DNA from: Minisyncoccota bacterium
GTDB lineage: Bacteria; Patescibacteriota; Minisyncoccia; Minisyncoccales; CG1-02-41-26
Length of the DNA: 57,213 bases
Assembly (NCBI GenBank): GCA_028718965.1
Contig: JAQUKS010000001.1
Coordinates: forward strand, 1 to 57,213
Reading direction: 5' to 3'
Below the pieces are notes generated by a model. The model was not told where the DNA came from. It saw only the letters and a program-made list of their open reading frames with translations, and searched no databases. Of the stretch, positions 25,997 to 35,346 are shown one piece after another. Each line of letters starts with the position of its first letter. Positions within the stretch are counted from its first letter, which is position 1. Position numbers and translations under genes: made by a program.

Positions 25997-26911
25997 ATGC
26001 TAAACGTAATACGCGCCAAGCACACCACCTGGGTTGACATCAAAGGCCCCACTGAAAAAGACCTTGAATGGCTGGAGGGTAACTTTACCTTCCATCCTTT
26101 GGTGTTAAAGGAGTTGATGCCCCAGCTTGATTACCCCAAAATCGAACAATTCGGGAGATATTTGTTCTTGGTGCTTTTTTATCCTTTCTACGACGCGCGT
26201 AATTTCCGCACCGTGCCCTTGGAATTGGACATTATCGTGGCCAAAAACTATATCATCACCAATCACTACAAAGACATCGTTCCTCTGAAGGCCATCTTCG
26301 ACAAATGCAATTTATACGAAGACATCAGGGAGGAATACACCAAAAAAGGCACGCACGATTTGCTTTACCGCATCGTTAACGAGGTATTGCAGGCCAGCTT
26401 TCCCAAATTAAGCCACATCAAACAAAACCTTGATGAGCTTGAAAGCGCCATTTACTCGGAGCAATACAAGGAAAGCGTTCAGCGTATCTCTTTAATCAGG
26501 CGCGATATCATCGGCTTTCAGCGGATCATAGAACCCCAGGGCCTGGTTCTCAACAGCCTCATAGAAAAGGCAGACTCGTTTTTTGACATCGAAATAACGC
26601 CCTATCTCCACTCTTTGCTCAACAGCCACAATCAGATAAACACCATTCTAAAAACCCAGACCAAAACCCTTGATGCCCTGGACGCCACCAACCAGTCGCT
26701 TATCGACACCCGCACCAATACCATAATGAAAGCTCTTACTATTTTTCTGGTGTTGCTTTATCCGTTTTCGTTTTTCTCGGACATATTCAGCATGACCGGC
26801 CAGTTCTTGAAATTTACGCTTCAGCCGCGCTATTTTTGGCTTGTTTATGGCGTGATGTTCGCCGGATTCTTCACCATACTCGCGGTCCTGAAAAAGAAAA
26901 AGTGGCTTTAG
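25997..26911 (+). CDS. CorA-family divalent cation transporter-like protein with a degenerate GMN motif
   Basis: CorA-like N-domain and two C-terminal TM helices. The position of YGMNF reads FSMTGQF. Confidence 0.65.
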   Translation: MLNVIRAKHTTWVDIKGPTEKDLEWLEGNFTFHPLVLKELMPQLDYPKIEQFGRYLFLVLFYPFYDARNFRTVPLELDIIVAKNYIITNHYKDIVPLKAIFDKCNLYEDIREEYTKKGTHDLLYRIVNEVLQASFPKLSHIKQNLDELESAIYSEQYKESVQRISLIRRDIIGFQRIIEPQGLVLNSLIEKADSFFDIEITPYLHSLLNSHNQINTILKTQTKTLDALDATNQSLIDTRTNTIMKALTIFLVLLYPFSFFSDIFSMTGQFLKFTLQPRYFWLVYGVMFAGFFTILAVLKKKKWL

Positions 26912-26922
26912 AAACAATAAAT

Positions 26923-26950
26923 AAAAAATCCCGACATTCGGGATTTTTAT
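26923..26950. terminator. Bidirectional intrinsic terminator between convergent genes
   Basis: aaaaaATCCCGAcatTCGGGATtttta. Confidence 0.75.
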
Positions 26951-26992
26951 TGCCATATCAGAAGTCCGATTCCCCCAAGACGTGCTTCGGCT

Positions 26993-27805
26993 TTATTTGT
27001 AGTAAGCCTTGGAAAACCTCAAATCAATATATTGAAGATTCTGCCTTTTGTCCTGGGGCAGATTTTTTTCTATTAAAAGTCCTAATTTCGTAAGGGTGGT
27101 CGCGATATCTCCGTCCAGGGAAAAATACGCTTCCCAACCCTCTTGGGTTTTCAAAACAAGCTTTTCTCTGGTGTCGGCTGCGGCGTATTGAACGTTGATT
27201 TTCAGATATTCGCTGAAAAAAGTGAAAATTTCCAGAATTTGCGCCATTTCATCCCGGCCTATTGCTTCAAAAGGCATTTGGCCGGGCGGCGCAGTATCGG
27301 TTAAAATTACCGGAAAGTTTTTGTCAATGGTTTCCTCGAAAACAACTCCTTTTCCGTCAATCAGATAACAGGCGTTATTCTGGCTACAGCACCAAACCGC
27401 CCGGGGAGTGTGCTCTTTCAACTCTATGGAGATAGTATGGGAGAGCGTTTTTTTTACAAGCGCAGTTTCGATAGCCGGATCCATCGCCATTATTTTTTTG
27501 GCAATGCTGTTCGTATTGAGCAAGAAAAACGATTTTCCCACGGGAATGGCCGCAACGCGCCTTTTAAGCTCGGCCCGCACCAGATTATCAACCGCGGGAG
27601 AGATATCGTTCAGGGCGGACGGGCTTGTTATTTTTATTTCTCTGATGGCCAGCAAAGGCGAGAATAGCAGCAAATAAGCCAGTGACAGGCCTAATATCAC
27701 GGATAAAACCACCATCCGAAAAACAGGGCTTTTCCGAATTGATTGTTTTTTCCTGTATTTCGTCCTTGTTTTGCGTGATTTCTTTTTGATTCGATATTGG
27801 CTCAT
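26993..27805 (-). CDS. ftsQ: FtsQ/DivIB-like cell division protein
   Basis: Basic N-terminus, a single TM helix and a POTRA-like region (IREIKITS...). Confidence 0.65.
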   Translation of the reverse strand: MSQYRIKKKSRKTRTKYRKKQSIRKSPVFRMVVLSVILGLSLAYLLLFSPLLAIREIKITSPSALNDISPAVDNLVRAELKRRVAAIPVGKSFFLLNTNSIAKKIMAMDPAIETALVKKTLSHTISIELKEHTPRAVWCCSQNNACYLIDGKGVVFEETIDKNFPVILTDTAPPGQMPFEAIGRDEMAQILEIFTFFSEYLKINVQYAAADTREKLVLKTQEGWEAYFSLDGDIATTLTKLGLLIEKNLPQDKRQNLQYIDLRFSKAYYK

Positions 27806-27822
27806 ATCCAGGCTAAGATTTA

Positions 27823-28851
27823 TTAAAATCCCCTTTTGCGCTTTCTCAAAAATTCAAACCATCTGATAAAGGTGTATCTTGCGCTAAGCGGCAGGTCCTG
27901 CGTTTTAACGTAAGGAGTGCTCTGGCCCCCGAAACCTTGCTTGAAAAGCGTAAGCCCGGCCCAGGGGTGGCCCTTCAGTTTTTTCGGGGCAACATCGGCC
28001 ACGCCCCAAAAATTATAGAGAGAGCAGCCCCTTGATCTGGCTTCTTTGATGGCTTCCCATTGCATCAGATAGGCAGCGGGTATTTTCGAGGTTATCGAGG
28101 CTCCCTGATGATAGAATCCTGTCCCCTGCCAGTAAATGACAATGGCCGAAGCCAGGCAGACCCCTTTGTGTTTTGCCAGAAAGATCACCGCCTGATCGTC
28201 TTTTGAAAAAGCCGAAAATTCGTTTTGCAGGTATTTCAAAGAAAAAGGATGAAAATTATGTTTTTTCACTGTTTCCATATAGAGCCGGTTGAACTGTTCG
28301 ACGTCTTTTATGTCGCGCGATCTGATTATCTCAAGATTGGGCGTTTTCTGGCCCTGTTTGATAAGGTAGCGGGTGGTTTTTCGCATGGCTGACAAAAGCT
28401 CTTCTTCGGAAGGAGTTATGTCGAGCAGCCATGAGAGCTCCGGGTGAACGTGCATTGGCGCTTGTTTGAATTTGAGCTCTTTGAAAAGTTGCTCGTTCGC
28501 TTCGCTCCTCTCCCATATTGGAGCTATTCTTGCGTAATGAACGTTCTCTTTGGTTCTCTTGAGCTCCTTGACCAGCGATGACAATATCTCAAGCCTCTCT
28601 TCTCCGCTTGAATCAGGCTTTACGGCCGGGCCGTGCGGCACCAGCAAAAAATCGCCTTTTTTTGATTTTACTTTTATTACCAGGCACGCGGCCGTAAGAT
28701 TTTGTCCTTTAAAAAAACCAAGGCGCTGAACGGTTTCACCGAGCGTTTTCTGAAACTCCCCCCAGTTCCAGCTTTGCAGAAAAGTTTTCTCGCGGCAATC
28801 AAGCAGGAAGTTCTCCCAGGCGTCTTTGCTTGTTATTTCTTTTATTTCCAT
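27823..28851 (-). CDS. FemAB-family peptidoglycan peptide-bridge aminoacyltransferase
   Basis: FLQSWNWGEFQ N-terminus, LYNFWGV and 342 aa of typical FemX/MurM length. Confidence 0.75.
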   Translation of the reverse strand: MEIKEITSKDAWENFLLDCREKTFLQSWNWGEFQKTLGETVQRLGFFKGQNLTAACLVIKVKSKKGDFLLVPHGPAVKPDSSGEERLEILSSLVKELKRTKENVHYARIAPIWERSEANEQLFKELKFKQAPMHVHPELSWLLDITPSEEELLSAMRKTTRYLIKQGQKTPNLEIIRSRDIKDVEQFNRLYMETVKKHNFHPFSLKYLQNEFSAFSKDDQAVIFLAKHKGVCLASAIVIYWQGTGFYHQGASITSKIPAAYLMQWEAIKEARSRGCSLYNFWGVADVAPKKLKGHPWAGLTLFKQGFGGQSTPYVKTQDLPLSARYTFIRWFEFLRKRKRGF

Positions 28852-28857
28852 AACGGA

Positions 28858-30108
28858 TTAAAACATCTTTAAAAGACTGACGATTTTTTGCGCTTCCTCT
28901 AGGCCGATGCCGATGTGGGTAGGCAGATTTATCAGTGTTTGGGCCGCCTTCTCGGCCCTGGGGCAGGAGCCCCTTTCATAGCCGATTTTTCGCAGGTCGG
29001 TGTCTTGTGGCACCACGGCCGTCTTACGCCAGCCGTCGCCCAGCAAAATATTCATATTGCGGGCTTTTCGCAGGATTTTTTCAGGGTCGGCGCCTTGGGA
29101 CAAAACAGGAAACTTCATAAAAACCGGCTCCCTGGAATCTTGAGGCCCGCTGAAAGGCATGACAAACGAGGTGTTTTTCAGCTGCTGCAGATAAAAATCA
29201 GCTGTTTGTTTTCTGTGTTCGTTGAATCTGTCCAGTTTCTTGAACTGATAAACGGCCAGGCTGGCCAACCCCGCGGGCATTTTTTTGATAAGCCAGTCAG
29301 GCATTATCCCCTGCTTTTCGCTTCGTGAAACCGGCCGTAAAAGCATTTTTGTTTTTTGCAAAAAATTAAGGGCCAGCCCTCCCCCCGAAGACCAAAAAGG
29401 CAAAATAAACTCGCTTATAAGCAAAGGATTGAAAAGCTGGCGGGACGTCCACCAGCGCGAAGGATAGCCAAGCCCTTCCTGAAATTTTCTTATACCATCG
29501 GCGATCACCGGATTTACCGAAGAAGCGACTCCCCCGCAAACCGATGAGATGATTTTGTCGCGGCCCAGGCTGAAAAAGCTCGCGTCTCCGAATTTACCGC
29601 AGTATTCTCCCTGGTATTTGGCGCCCAGAGAATGGGCGCAATCCTCGATAAAGAAAAGATTGTTTTGCTCGGCTATCTTTTTCAGCTCTTCCACTTCGGC
29701 CGGCCAGCCGAAAGTATGCTGAATCACCACTGCCTTGCTCTTTGGCGTGATTTTTCTTTTCAAGTCTTCGGGGTCGATGTTAAGCGTCTGGTCTATGTCA
29801 ACGAAAACCGGCCTGGCTTTCAGCTTGAGTATCGGAGCCACCATAACCGCGCACGTAAGCCCCTGCACCAGCACCTCATCACCCTCCTTGATGCCCAGGG
29901 CCTCCAAGATGGCCAAAAAGGCCACCCTGCCCCCGTTAAAAGCGAAACACGGCCTGTCCAAAAGGCCGCTAAAAGCCTTTTCCAGGGATTGATAAGCGTC
30001 TTTGCCCTTTCCCTCTTGTTTGAAAAGAATGTCTTTTATCAGCTTAACGTCGTCCGGCTCGGTGTTGGGGCAAAGGGCCGAAGATATTGTTTTTATTTTC
30101 TTTGGCAT
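28858..30108 (-). CDS. DegT/DnrJ/EryC1/StrS family PLP-dependent aminotransferase
   Basis: EDCAHSLGA...FFSLGRDKIIS (PLP lysine region). Confidence 0.8.
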   Translation of the reverse strand: MPKKIKTISSALCPNTEPDDVKLIKDILFKQEGKGKDAYQSLEKAFSGLLDRPCFAFNGGRVAFLAILEALGIKEGDEVLVQGLTCAVMVAPILKLKARPVFVDIDQTLNIDPEDLKRKITPKSKAVVIQHTFGWPAEVEELKKIAEQNNLFFIEDCAHSLGAKYQGEYCGKFGDASFFSLGRDKIISSVCGGVASSVNPVIADGIRKFQEGLGYPSRWWTSRQLFNPLLISEFILPFWSSGGGLALNFLQKTKMLLRPVSRSEKQGIMPDWLIKKMPAGLASLAVYQFKKLDRFNEHRKQTADFYLQQLKNTSFVMPFSGPQDSREPVFMKFPVLSQGADPEKILRKARNMNILLGDGWRKTAVVPQDTDLRKIGYERGSCPRAEKAAQTLINLPTHIGIGLEEAQKIVSLLKMF

Positions 30109-30143
30109 GGCTTTTATTGATCTTATTCCTGTGTCCGCAGGAA

Positions 30144-30761
30144 TTAGACCTTCTTCGCTATAATAATTTGATGCTTTTCCCCTCCGCTCGTATCAATCTC
30201 ATCAAAAATTATTTCAAATCCCGCTCTTTCAATAATTTTTTTATTTTTCTCTGCTCCGAAATGGCTCCAGTACATATCCACACCATGAAAGTCTTCTTCG
30301 CCTTCCCATTCTGATGAACCCATTGTCGCTAAAATCAACCCACCCGAAGGAAGAAATGAATTAAGTTTTACAAAAAGTTCTTGATGGGATTCTCTCGGGA
30401 TATGAAAAATTGCATAAAACGAAATAATTGCGTCAACCTGATATTCGCCAGCTTTCAATTCCGACATATCTTTAACTTCATATTTCCCTTGAGGTACGTT
30501 CTTCTTTGCCAGTTCAATCTGTTTTTCTGAAATATCTATCCCAACGATAGAATGTCCTTGCTCTACGAAATATCTATCAATTGGCACCCCCGCACCACAA
30601 CCAATGTCTAATATCAGAGAACTCTTGGATAAAAGTTTCTCAAATTTTTCCAAGAAAGAAATATTCTTAAATTCATCGCGTTGGACCGAATATTCCTCTG
30701 CAATCTTGTTATATCCCTTTTTAACAATTTTCTGTTTCATGCGTTTATTTCTACTTACCAT
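30144..30761 (-). CDS. Class I SAM-dependent methyltransferase
   Basis: Motif I ILDIGCGAGVP. 205 aa. Confidence 0.8.
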   Translation of the reverse strand: MVSRNKRMKQKIVKKGYNKIAEEYSVQRDEFKNISFLEKFEKLLSKSSLILDIGCGAGVPIDRYFVEQGHSIVGIDISEKQIELAKKNVPQGKYEVKDMSELKAGEYQVDAIISFYAIFHIPRESHQELFVKLNSFLPSGGLILATMGSSEWEGEEDFHGVDMYWSHFGAEKNKKIIERAGFEIIFDEIDTSGGEKHQIIIAKKV

Positions 30762-30900
30762 GGCACTTTTTACATTTGCTCCCTCACCCGCAGGAAGCTG
30801 GATGTTGAAATACGCAATCTCATATATAAATCTCGATTTACCCGCCTGCGAAGAAACGCGGCCAGAGTTTTCCCCGGCTGTACTCTATGGCAAGCGAGCT

Positions 30901-32049
30901 TTATTCGTTGGCAGTAAATAAATCCAAATATTTTTTGTAAACATATGACTGCCCATATGTTACGTTTTTGTCTTTTGGCATCAAAATACCAATTTCAATG
31001 AATCTATCAATCACTCTTTGCGCTCCCGCACGCGTAAAACCGGTCCATTTTCGCACAATGGCATTATTAACGATCGGTTGAGCATACAATTTTGGCATTA
31101 CCATCATGGCGCTTTCGGATGCTCTTTTTCCTAAAGCATGCATTTTTTCCATATCTTTTTGGCGCAACTCGGTGATTTTGCCGACAATGTCAATAGCCTC
31201 ATTCGCAATTTCAATGACTCCGTCAAGAAAAAAATCTATCCAATCCGCGATATTTCCATTGTGGTATCCAAAAAGCTTTTCATAATATATTTTCTGGTGT
31301 TTTTTGAAATATGCGGATAAAAACAAAACTGGTTTTTCTAAAAAACCTTCTTTCCACAGATAAAAAGTCATGAGCATTCTTCCGGTTCTGCCATTGCCAT
31401 CCAAGAATGGGTGGATTGTTTCAAATTGAGCATGAATTAATCCGGCTTTTATCGCAACCGGCACCGTGTCCTCGACATTTATAAACTTTTCTAAATCGGA
31501 AATAGCCCTGTTCATGTCTTCAACCGGAGGGGGCACAAAGCGTGCGTTGTCTGGCCTCGTTCCACCAATCCAATTTTGGCTTTTTCTAAATTCGCCGGGG
31601 TCGGAAAAATGTGTCGACCTCGCTTTGTCTAAAAGTTCTTTATGCAATTCTTTAATAAAGCGCGAAGCCAATGGGAAGTTGCCGCCTTTCATTTTCCTTA
31701 TTCCATAATTTAGTGCCTTTATATAATGCAAAATATCATCAACATCTTCTGGGATATTTTCTACAATTTTTGCCTCGGCTTCTATGGCGTCAATCATGGT
31801 TGCCATCGTCCCCTCAATCTGACTGGAAGAAGCGGCGTCTTTCCTTAAATACATTAAAAGGAAAAAATCGGCATCTGGTAAAAGTTTTGTAATACCATCC
31901 AGTTTTCCCAACAATCTTGTTGCTTCATTGTTCTTTTTTAAAATCTTTGGATTAAACTCAAAATCCCCTTTTGGCGGAAAAGGATTTGGTATAAAAGCCT
32001 TAAAACCTTGCGGCTGGCTTACAAATTTTCCTAATTCTATAACTTTCAC
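30901..32049 (-). CDS. Fic/DOC family protein with a C-terminal winged-helix-like region
   Basis: Canonical Fic motif HPFLDGNGRTGR. Confidence 0.9.
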   Translation of the reverse strand: MKVIELGKFVSQPQGFKAFIPNPFPPKGDFEFNPKILKKNNEATRLLGKLDGITKLLPDADFFLLMYLRKDAASSSQIEGTMATMIDAIEAEAKIVENIPEDVDDILHYIKALNYGIRKMKGGNFPLASRFIKELHKELLDKARSTHFSDPGEFRKSQNWIGGTRPDNARFVPPPVEDMNRAISDLEKFINVEDTVPVAIKAGLIHAQFETIHPFLDGNGRTGRMLMTFYLWKEGFLEKPVLFLSAYFKKHQKIYYEKLFGYHNGNIADWIDFFLDGVIEIANEAIDIVGKITELRQKDMEKMHALGKRASESAMMVMPKLYAQPIVNNAIVRKWTGFTRAGAQRVIDRFIEIGILMPKDKNVTYGQSYVYKKYLDLFTANE

Positions 32050-32138
32050 AAGTTTGTTTCCATCTTTTTTATGATATATACAAAGTATATGTATTTGTAT
32101 CTATCGTGTCAATACTTTTTGAACATAATCGCATACGA

Positions 32139-32795
32139 TCAAATGTGGTTAAATTTATCCTTCAAAAGCATTAAAAAATCTTTTGATTTTATGGTCTTTC
32201 CGTACATTACCGGAAAAGTGTATTCTTTTAAATATTTTTGCAATTCTTGACGTTTTTTCACATCGGTTGTCTCGATCAAATCTTTCAGAAAGATAAAGTT
32301 GTATCCTTTTGAAAATCCTCCGCAAGTTGTCGCCAAAACGCAACCATCTGTAAACACCCCCGTAACAATCAAATATTGAATTCCATTTTGTTTCAAAACT
32401 TTATCTAATTCAGGACTTGTAAATGCGTCGTAGTGATTTTTAGTAATAACAATATCCCCTTCTTGCGGAGAAACAATATAAAATTCGTTCGGAAAATCAG
32501 AATTATCATTTGAATAATAAACAACTTTAGGATCGGTATAAAGCTCGTTTATGTTTTCAGTCAAATATTCTTTTTTCCAAGAAACATTATTTGTAAAAAT
32601 AATTAGTCCTCCGATCGCTTTCCGATAGTCCTCAATGAACTTATTCAACTTTGGGACCATTTTCCTTATTTTAGAAAAACTAATACCCCATCCCGGCTTT
32701 TCACATTTTTTATGGCAGCAGCCATTAACCATATCAATTATCAATAGAGCCGTATTTTTTGAATTCATTTTTGGATAAAGTTCCATATTAACCAT
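32139..32795 (-). CDS. Isochorismatase-family cysteine hydrolase
   Basis: ALLIIDMVNG (Asp) and VTGVFTDGCVLATT (nucleophile Cys). Confidence 0.75.
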   Translation of the reverse strand: MVNMELYPKMNSKNTALLIIDMVNGCCHKKCEKPGWGISFSKIRKMVPKLNKFIEDYRKAIGGLIIFTNNVSWKKEYLTENINELYTDPKVVYYSNDNSDFPNEFYIVSPQEGDIVITKNHYDAFTSPELDKVLKQNGIQYLIVTGVFTDGCVLATTCGGFSKGYNFIFLKDLIETTDVKKRQELQKYLKEYTFPVMYGKTIKSKDFLMLLKDKFNHI

Positions 32796-32849
32796 TATTT
32801 TTTATTTGCTATCGATCTCTTACGTTCCTCGGTCATGAGCATGCCGCAT

Positions 32850-34337
32850 TTATTTGATTTCAAGCATGTCCATCAGGGCTTTGGGCACCCGGCTCTCAAG
32901 CAATATGACATTGCCTTCTCGGGCGAGATCCTTTATCTGATCCCATATCTCCCGCGGGTTCTCAAGCATAAGCATTCTGTGGCCGGTTTTAGCTTCGTTG
33001 GCCCCCCTATTTAGCTCCCTGAACCTGTCTTTGGTGGTGATAACGGACAGATCGCATATTCGGGCGATTTCTTTTCCCAGATCATGATGGATTCTTTTCG
33101 AGGCTGAACCAAGCTCGATAAGGCATGGCATTATCATAACGATCTTCGTGTTGGGATCTTTGTCTTTGTATGCGGTTTTAAGATATTCCAAATGAGCCCA
33201 AACGCTGGCCGGATTGGCCGAATAAGTATAATCAAGTATCTCGACTCCGTTGATGCCCTTTTTCAGATTGTTCTGTTTGAAAACAGCGCAAGCCTTGGCG
33301 ACCTCGGCCAAACTCATGCCAAGCTTTTTGCAGCAGGCCGCGGCCATCAAAAGATTGACCGCGTTCTGGCGGCCGATCAGATCGGCCCGAAACAGAGCTT
33401 CGTCCCCATCCTTTGATCTGGCGACAAAGGATATGCTGTTCTTTTCCACTGTCACGTTTTCGGCCCAAAGATCGGCCGTTGTTTCGCTTGAGCAGAATAT
33501 CTTTGTTTTAACGACAAGCTTCGATATCTCTTGAGCGCTTTCTCTAATCATTTCGCTGTCGTTGTTCAATATGGCAGTCCCCTCTTGCCCAAGAGCCCGG
33601 AGTATCTCGAACTTGGCCCTGATGATGTTTTTTCGCGAGCCGAAAGTCGCCAAATGCTGTTCGTTGATGCCCGTTAAAATGCCTATTTTCGGCTTTACCA
33701 TATCGCAGACCTGCTTTATCTTGCCTTTCTGATAAGCTCCGATCTCGGCCACGAAAACCTGATGCTCGTTGTTGATCTCGCGCAAAATTGTCTGGGCTAT
33801 GCCGACCTCGGCGTTTATATGCTCGCTTGTCTTCAAAACATTGTATTTCTCTTTCAAAACAGCGGCCAGAAATTCTTTGGTTGATGTCTTGCCAAAGGAG
33901 CCGCTCACCCCTATTACAATAAGGTTGTCAAAGCCTTTTATCTTGTTTTTGGCTTTGCGCATTATGCCGGCCTGCCAGATAAGAGTAGGAATCTGAAAAA
34001 GTAGAATAAAAACAGAGGCAATCAGCGGCAAAAACAAAACGAAAAGCACCATCAGCAAGCGGAAGTTATCGTCTGTCTGCCTGCCCGCGAAAACGAAAAA
34101 ACCAGCCAAAGCCAAAAACCAGGCACACTCAATGGCAAGTATTTTTTTAGTCTGGTTGGGAATTTTCAGGCGGTATAAAGACGCCATGGCCTTTTTGAGC
34201 TTTTGCGCTTCGAAATGCGCCCTGAAACGGCCCAGATGATAATTTTTGAGCTGCCAAAGCCAAAGCCAGAACAAGAACAGCTTGCCGAAAACAACGAACC
34301 AGATGGCTATGAAAAAGATTTTGATTAAAAGCTCCAT
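32850..34337 (-). CDS. murF: UDP-MurNAc-tripeptide--D-Ala-D-Ala ligase with an N-terminal multi-TM extension
   Basis: GVSGSFGKTSTKE P-loop and Mur ligase domains, preceded by about 120 aa of hydrophobic helices. Confidence 0.8.
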   Translation of the reverse strand: MELLIKIFFIAIWFVVFGKLFLFWLWLWQLKNYHLGRFRAHFEAQKLKKAMASLYRLKIPNQTKKILAIECAWFLALAGFFVFAGRQTDDNFRLLMVLFVLFLPLIASVFILLFQIPTLIWQAGIMRKAKNKIKGFDNLIVIGVSGSFGKTSTKEFLAAVLKEKYNVLKTSEHINAEVGIAQTILREINNEHQVFVAEIGAYQKGKIKQVCDMVKPKIGILTGINEQHLATFGSRKNIIRAKFEILRALGQEGTAILNNDSEMIRESAQEISKLVVKTKIFCSSETTADLWAENVTVEKNSISFVARSKDGDEALFRADLIGRQNAVNLLMAAACCKKLGMSLAEVAKACAVFKQNNLKKGINGVEILDYTYSANPASVWAHLEYLKTAYKDKDPNTKIVMIMPCLIELGSASKRIHHDLGKEIARICDLSVITTKDRFRELNRGANEAKTGHRMLMLENPREIWDQIKDLAREGNVILLESRVPKALMDMLEIK

Positions 34338-34339
34338 TG

Positions 34340-35059
34340 TTATTTCAAGAATCCGATTATTTTTTCAACCAGTTTTTCCGGACATTCCAGATGCAGAGAA
34401 TGGCCGTATCCGGGAAAAACCTCAATGCGCGAATTTTTTATCATTTCATTCATCAAACGCCCGTCTTTCACGGGAGTGAAAGCGTCTTTCTCTCCCCAAA
34501 CGATCAAAGTGGGTGTTTTTATGCCAGACAAAAGGGGTTTTAAGTCTTCTTCAAGGGCTTTTTTCATTATTTCTTTTTGCAAGGGATTGGCTTTATAATA
34601 ATCGGTTCGCTTCAGAACGTATCGGTAAAAAATCTTTTTGCATATCTGGCAGAGGCCATTTGTCTGGGAAGTTCCCTCACTAACGCCGAGTTTCCTGGCA
34701 AGTTTTATGGCTTTCAACAAGATCCGGTCGCGCAGGGTCTTCTCTTTCTTGATTCCGGCCGCAGCCACCAAAACAAGGCCTTTGAGCTTTTCGGGATTTT
34801 TGGCCGCGAATTTGATGGCAATTCTGCCCCCGAACGAATGGCCCAAAAGATAAACCTTTTCTTTGCCCTCTCCCAACACATTTTCAAGCCATTTTACGTA
34901 ATCATCAAGCCCCCAGGCCCTCTCGGGCTGGTTCTTGGGCTTGAACCCGGGCAGATCCAAAGCAAAAGCATCAACGCCTTTTTCTTCCAGCAGATCCTTT
35001 ACCGTTTCCCATTTTTCCTTTGAGCTTTGCCAGCCGTGCAAAATGATTAATTTAGCCAT
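34340..35059 (-). CDS. Alpha/beta hydrolase
   Basis: GHSFGG nucleophile elbow and a C-terminal GHSLH. Confidence 0.8.
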   Translation of the reverse strand: MAKLIILHGWQSSKEKWETVKDLLEEKGVDAFALDLPGFKPKNQPERAWGLDDYVKWLENVLGEGKEKVYLLGHSFGGRIAIKFAAKNPEKLKGLVLVAAAGIKKEKTLRDRILLKAIKLARKLGVSEGTSQTNGLCQICKKIFYRYVLKRTDYYKANPLQKEIMKKALEEDLKPLLSGIKTPTLIVWGEKDAFTPVKDGRLMNEMIKNSRIEVFPGYGHSLHLECPEKLVEKIIGFLK

Positions 35060-35070
35060 TGCTTTTTATG

Positions 35071-35100
35071 GTTATAGAGGATAGTATCATAGCAGGTCAA
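35071..35100 (-). promoter_or_regulatory. Candidate promoter for the hydrolase-murF unit (near-leaderless)
   Basis: Minus strand reads TTGACC-18 nt-TATAAC. Only 11 nt separate the -10 box from the ATG at 35059. Confidence 0.35.
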
Positions 35101-35123
35101 GACAGAATTAAAATCCTGGTGTG

Positions 35124-35171
35124 CGGCTGGTTTTTCTAATATGCGTTAGACAAACCAGCCGTTATTTTTTT
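35124..35171 (+). terminator. Plus-strand-oriented hairpin plus T-run with no plus-strand gene upstream
   Basis: CGGCTGGTTT-18 nt-AAACCAGCCG is followed by TTATTTTTTT. It shares the 13-nt tail GTTATTTTTTTAC with the terminator at 35300-35338. Confidence 0.45.
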
Positions 35172-35180
35172 ACACAAAAA

Positions 35181-35336
35181 TTGATTCTTATTCTATCCTC
35201 TGCTATATTCAATACGAATGCACTTTACCCATCCGGAGTTTTAGAAAGGAGGTAAAAAAGCTCCGGAAACATCATACATACACATATACCCCATATCTGC
35301 CCCAAGGTGTCACTACACCTTGGGGTTATTTTTTTA
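35181..35336 (+). ncRNA. Candidate small RNA: promoter, hairpin displaying an SD-like loop, and terminator
   Basis: TTGATT-17 nt-TATATT (35181-35209). The hairpin TCCGGAG/CTCCGGA (35232-35267) has a loop containing TTAGAAAGGAGGT. The terminator CCCCAAGGTG/CACCTTGGGG is followed by TTATTTTTTT. No ORF longer than 8 codons. Confidence 0.45.
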
Positions 35337-35346
35337 CGTCAAGCGC

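Noticed and set aside
35242-35254. A 16S rRNA 3'-end fragment (minus strand reads ACCTCCTTTCTAA).
   Set aside because: There is no flanking rRNA-like sequence on either side. The match is confined to 13 nt inside a hairpin loop, so I treat it as an SD-like or anti-SD-complementary element of a candidate sRNA.
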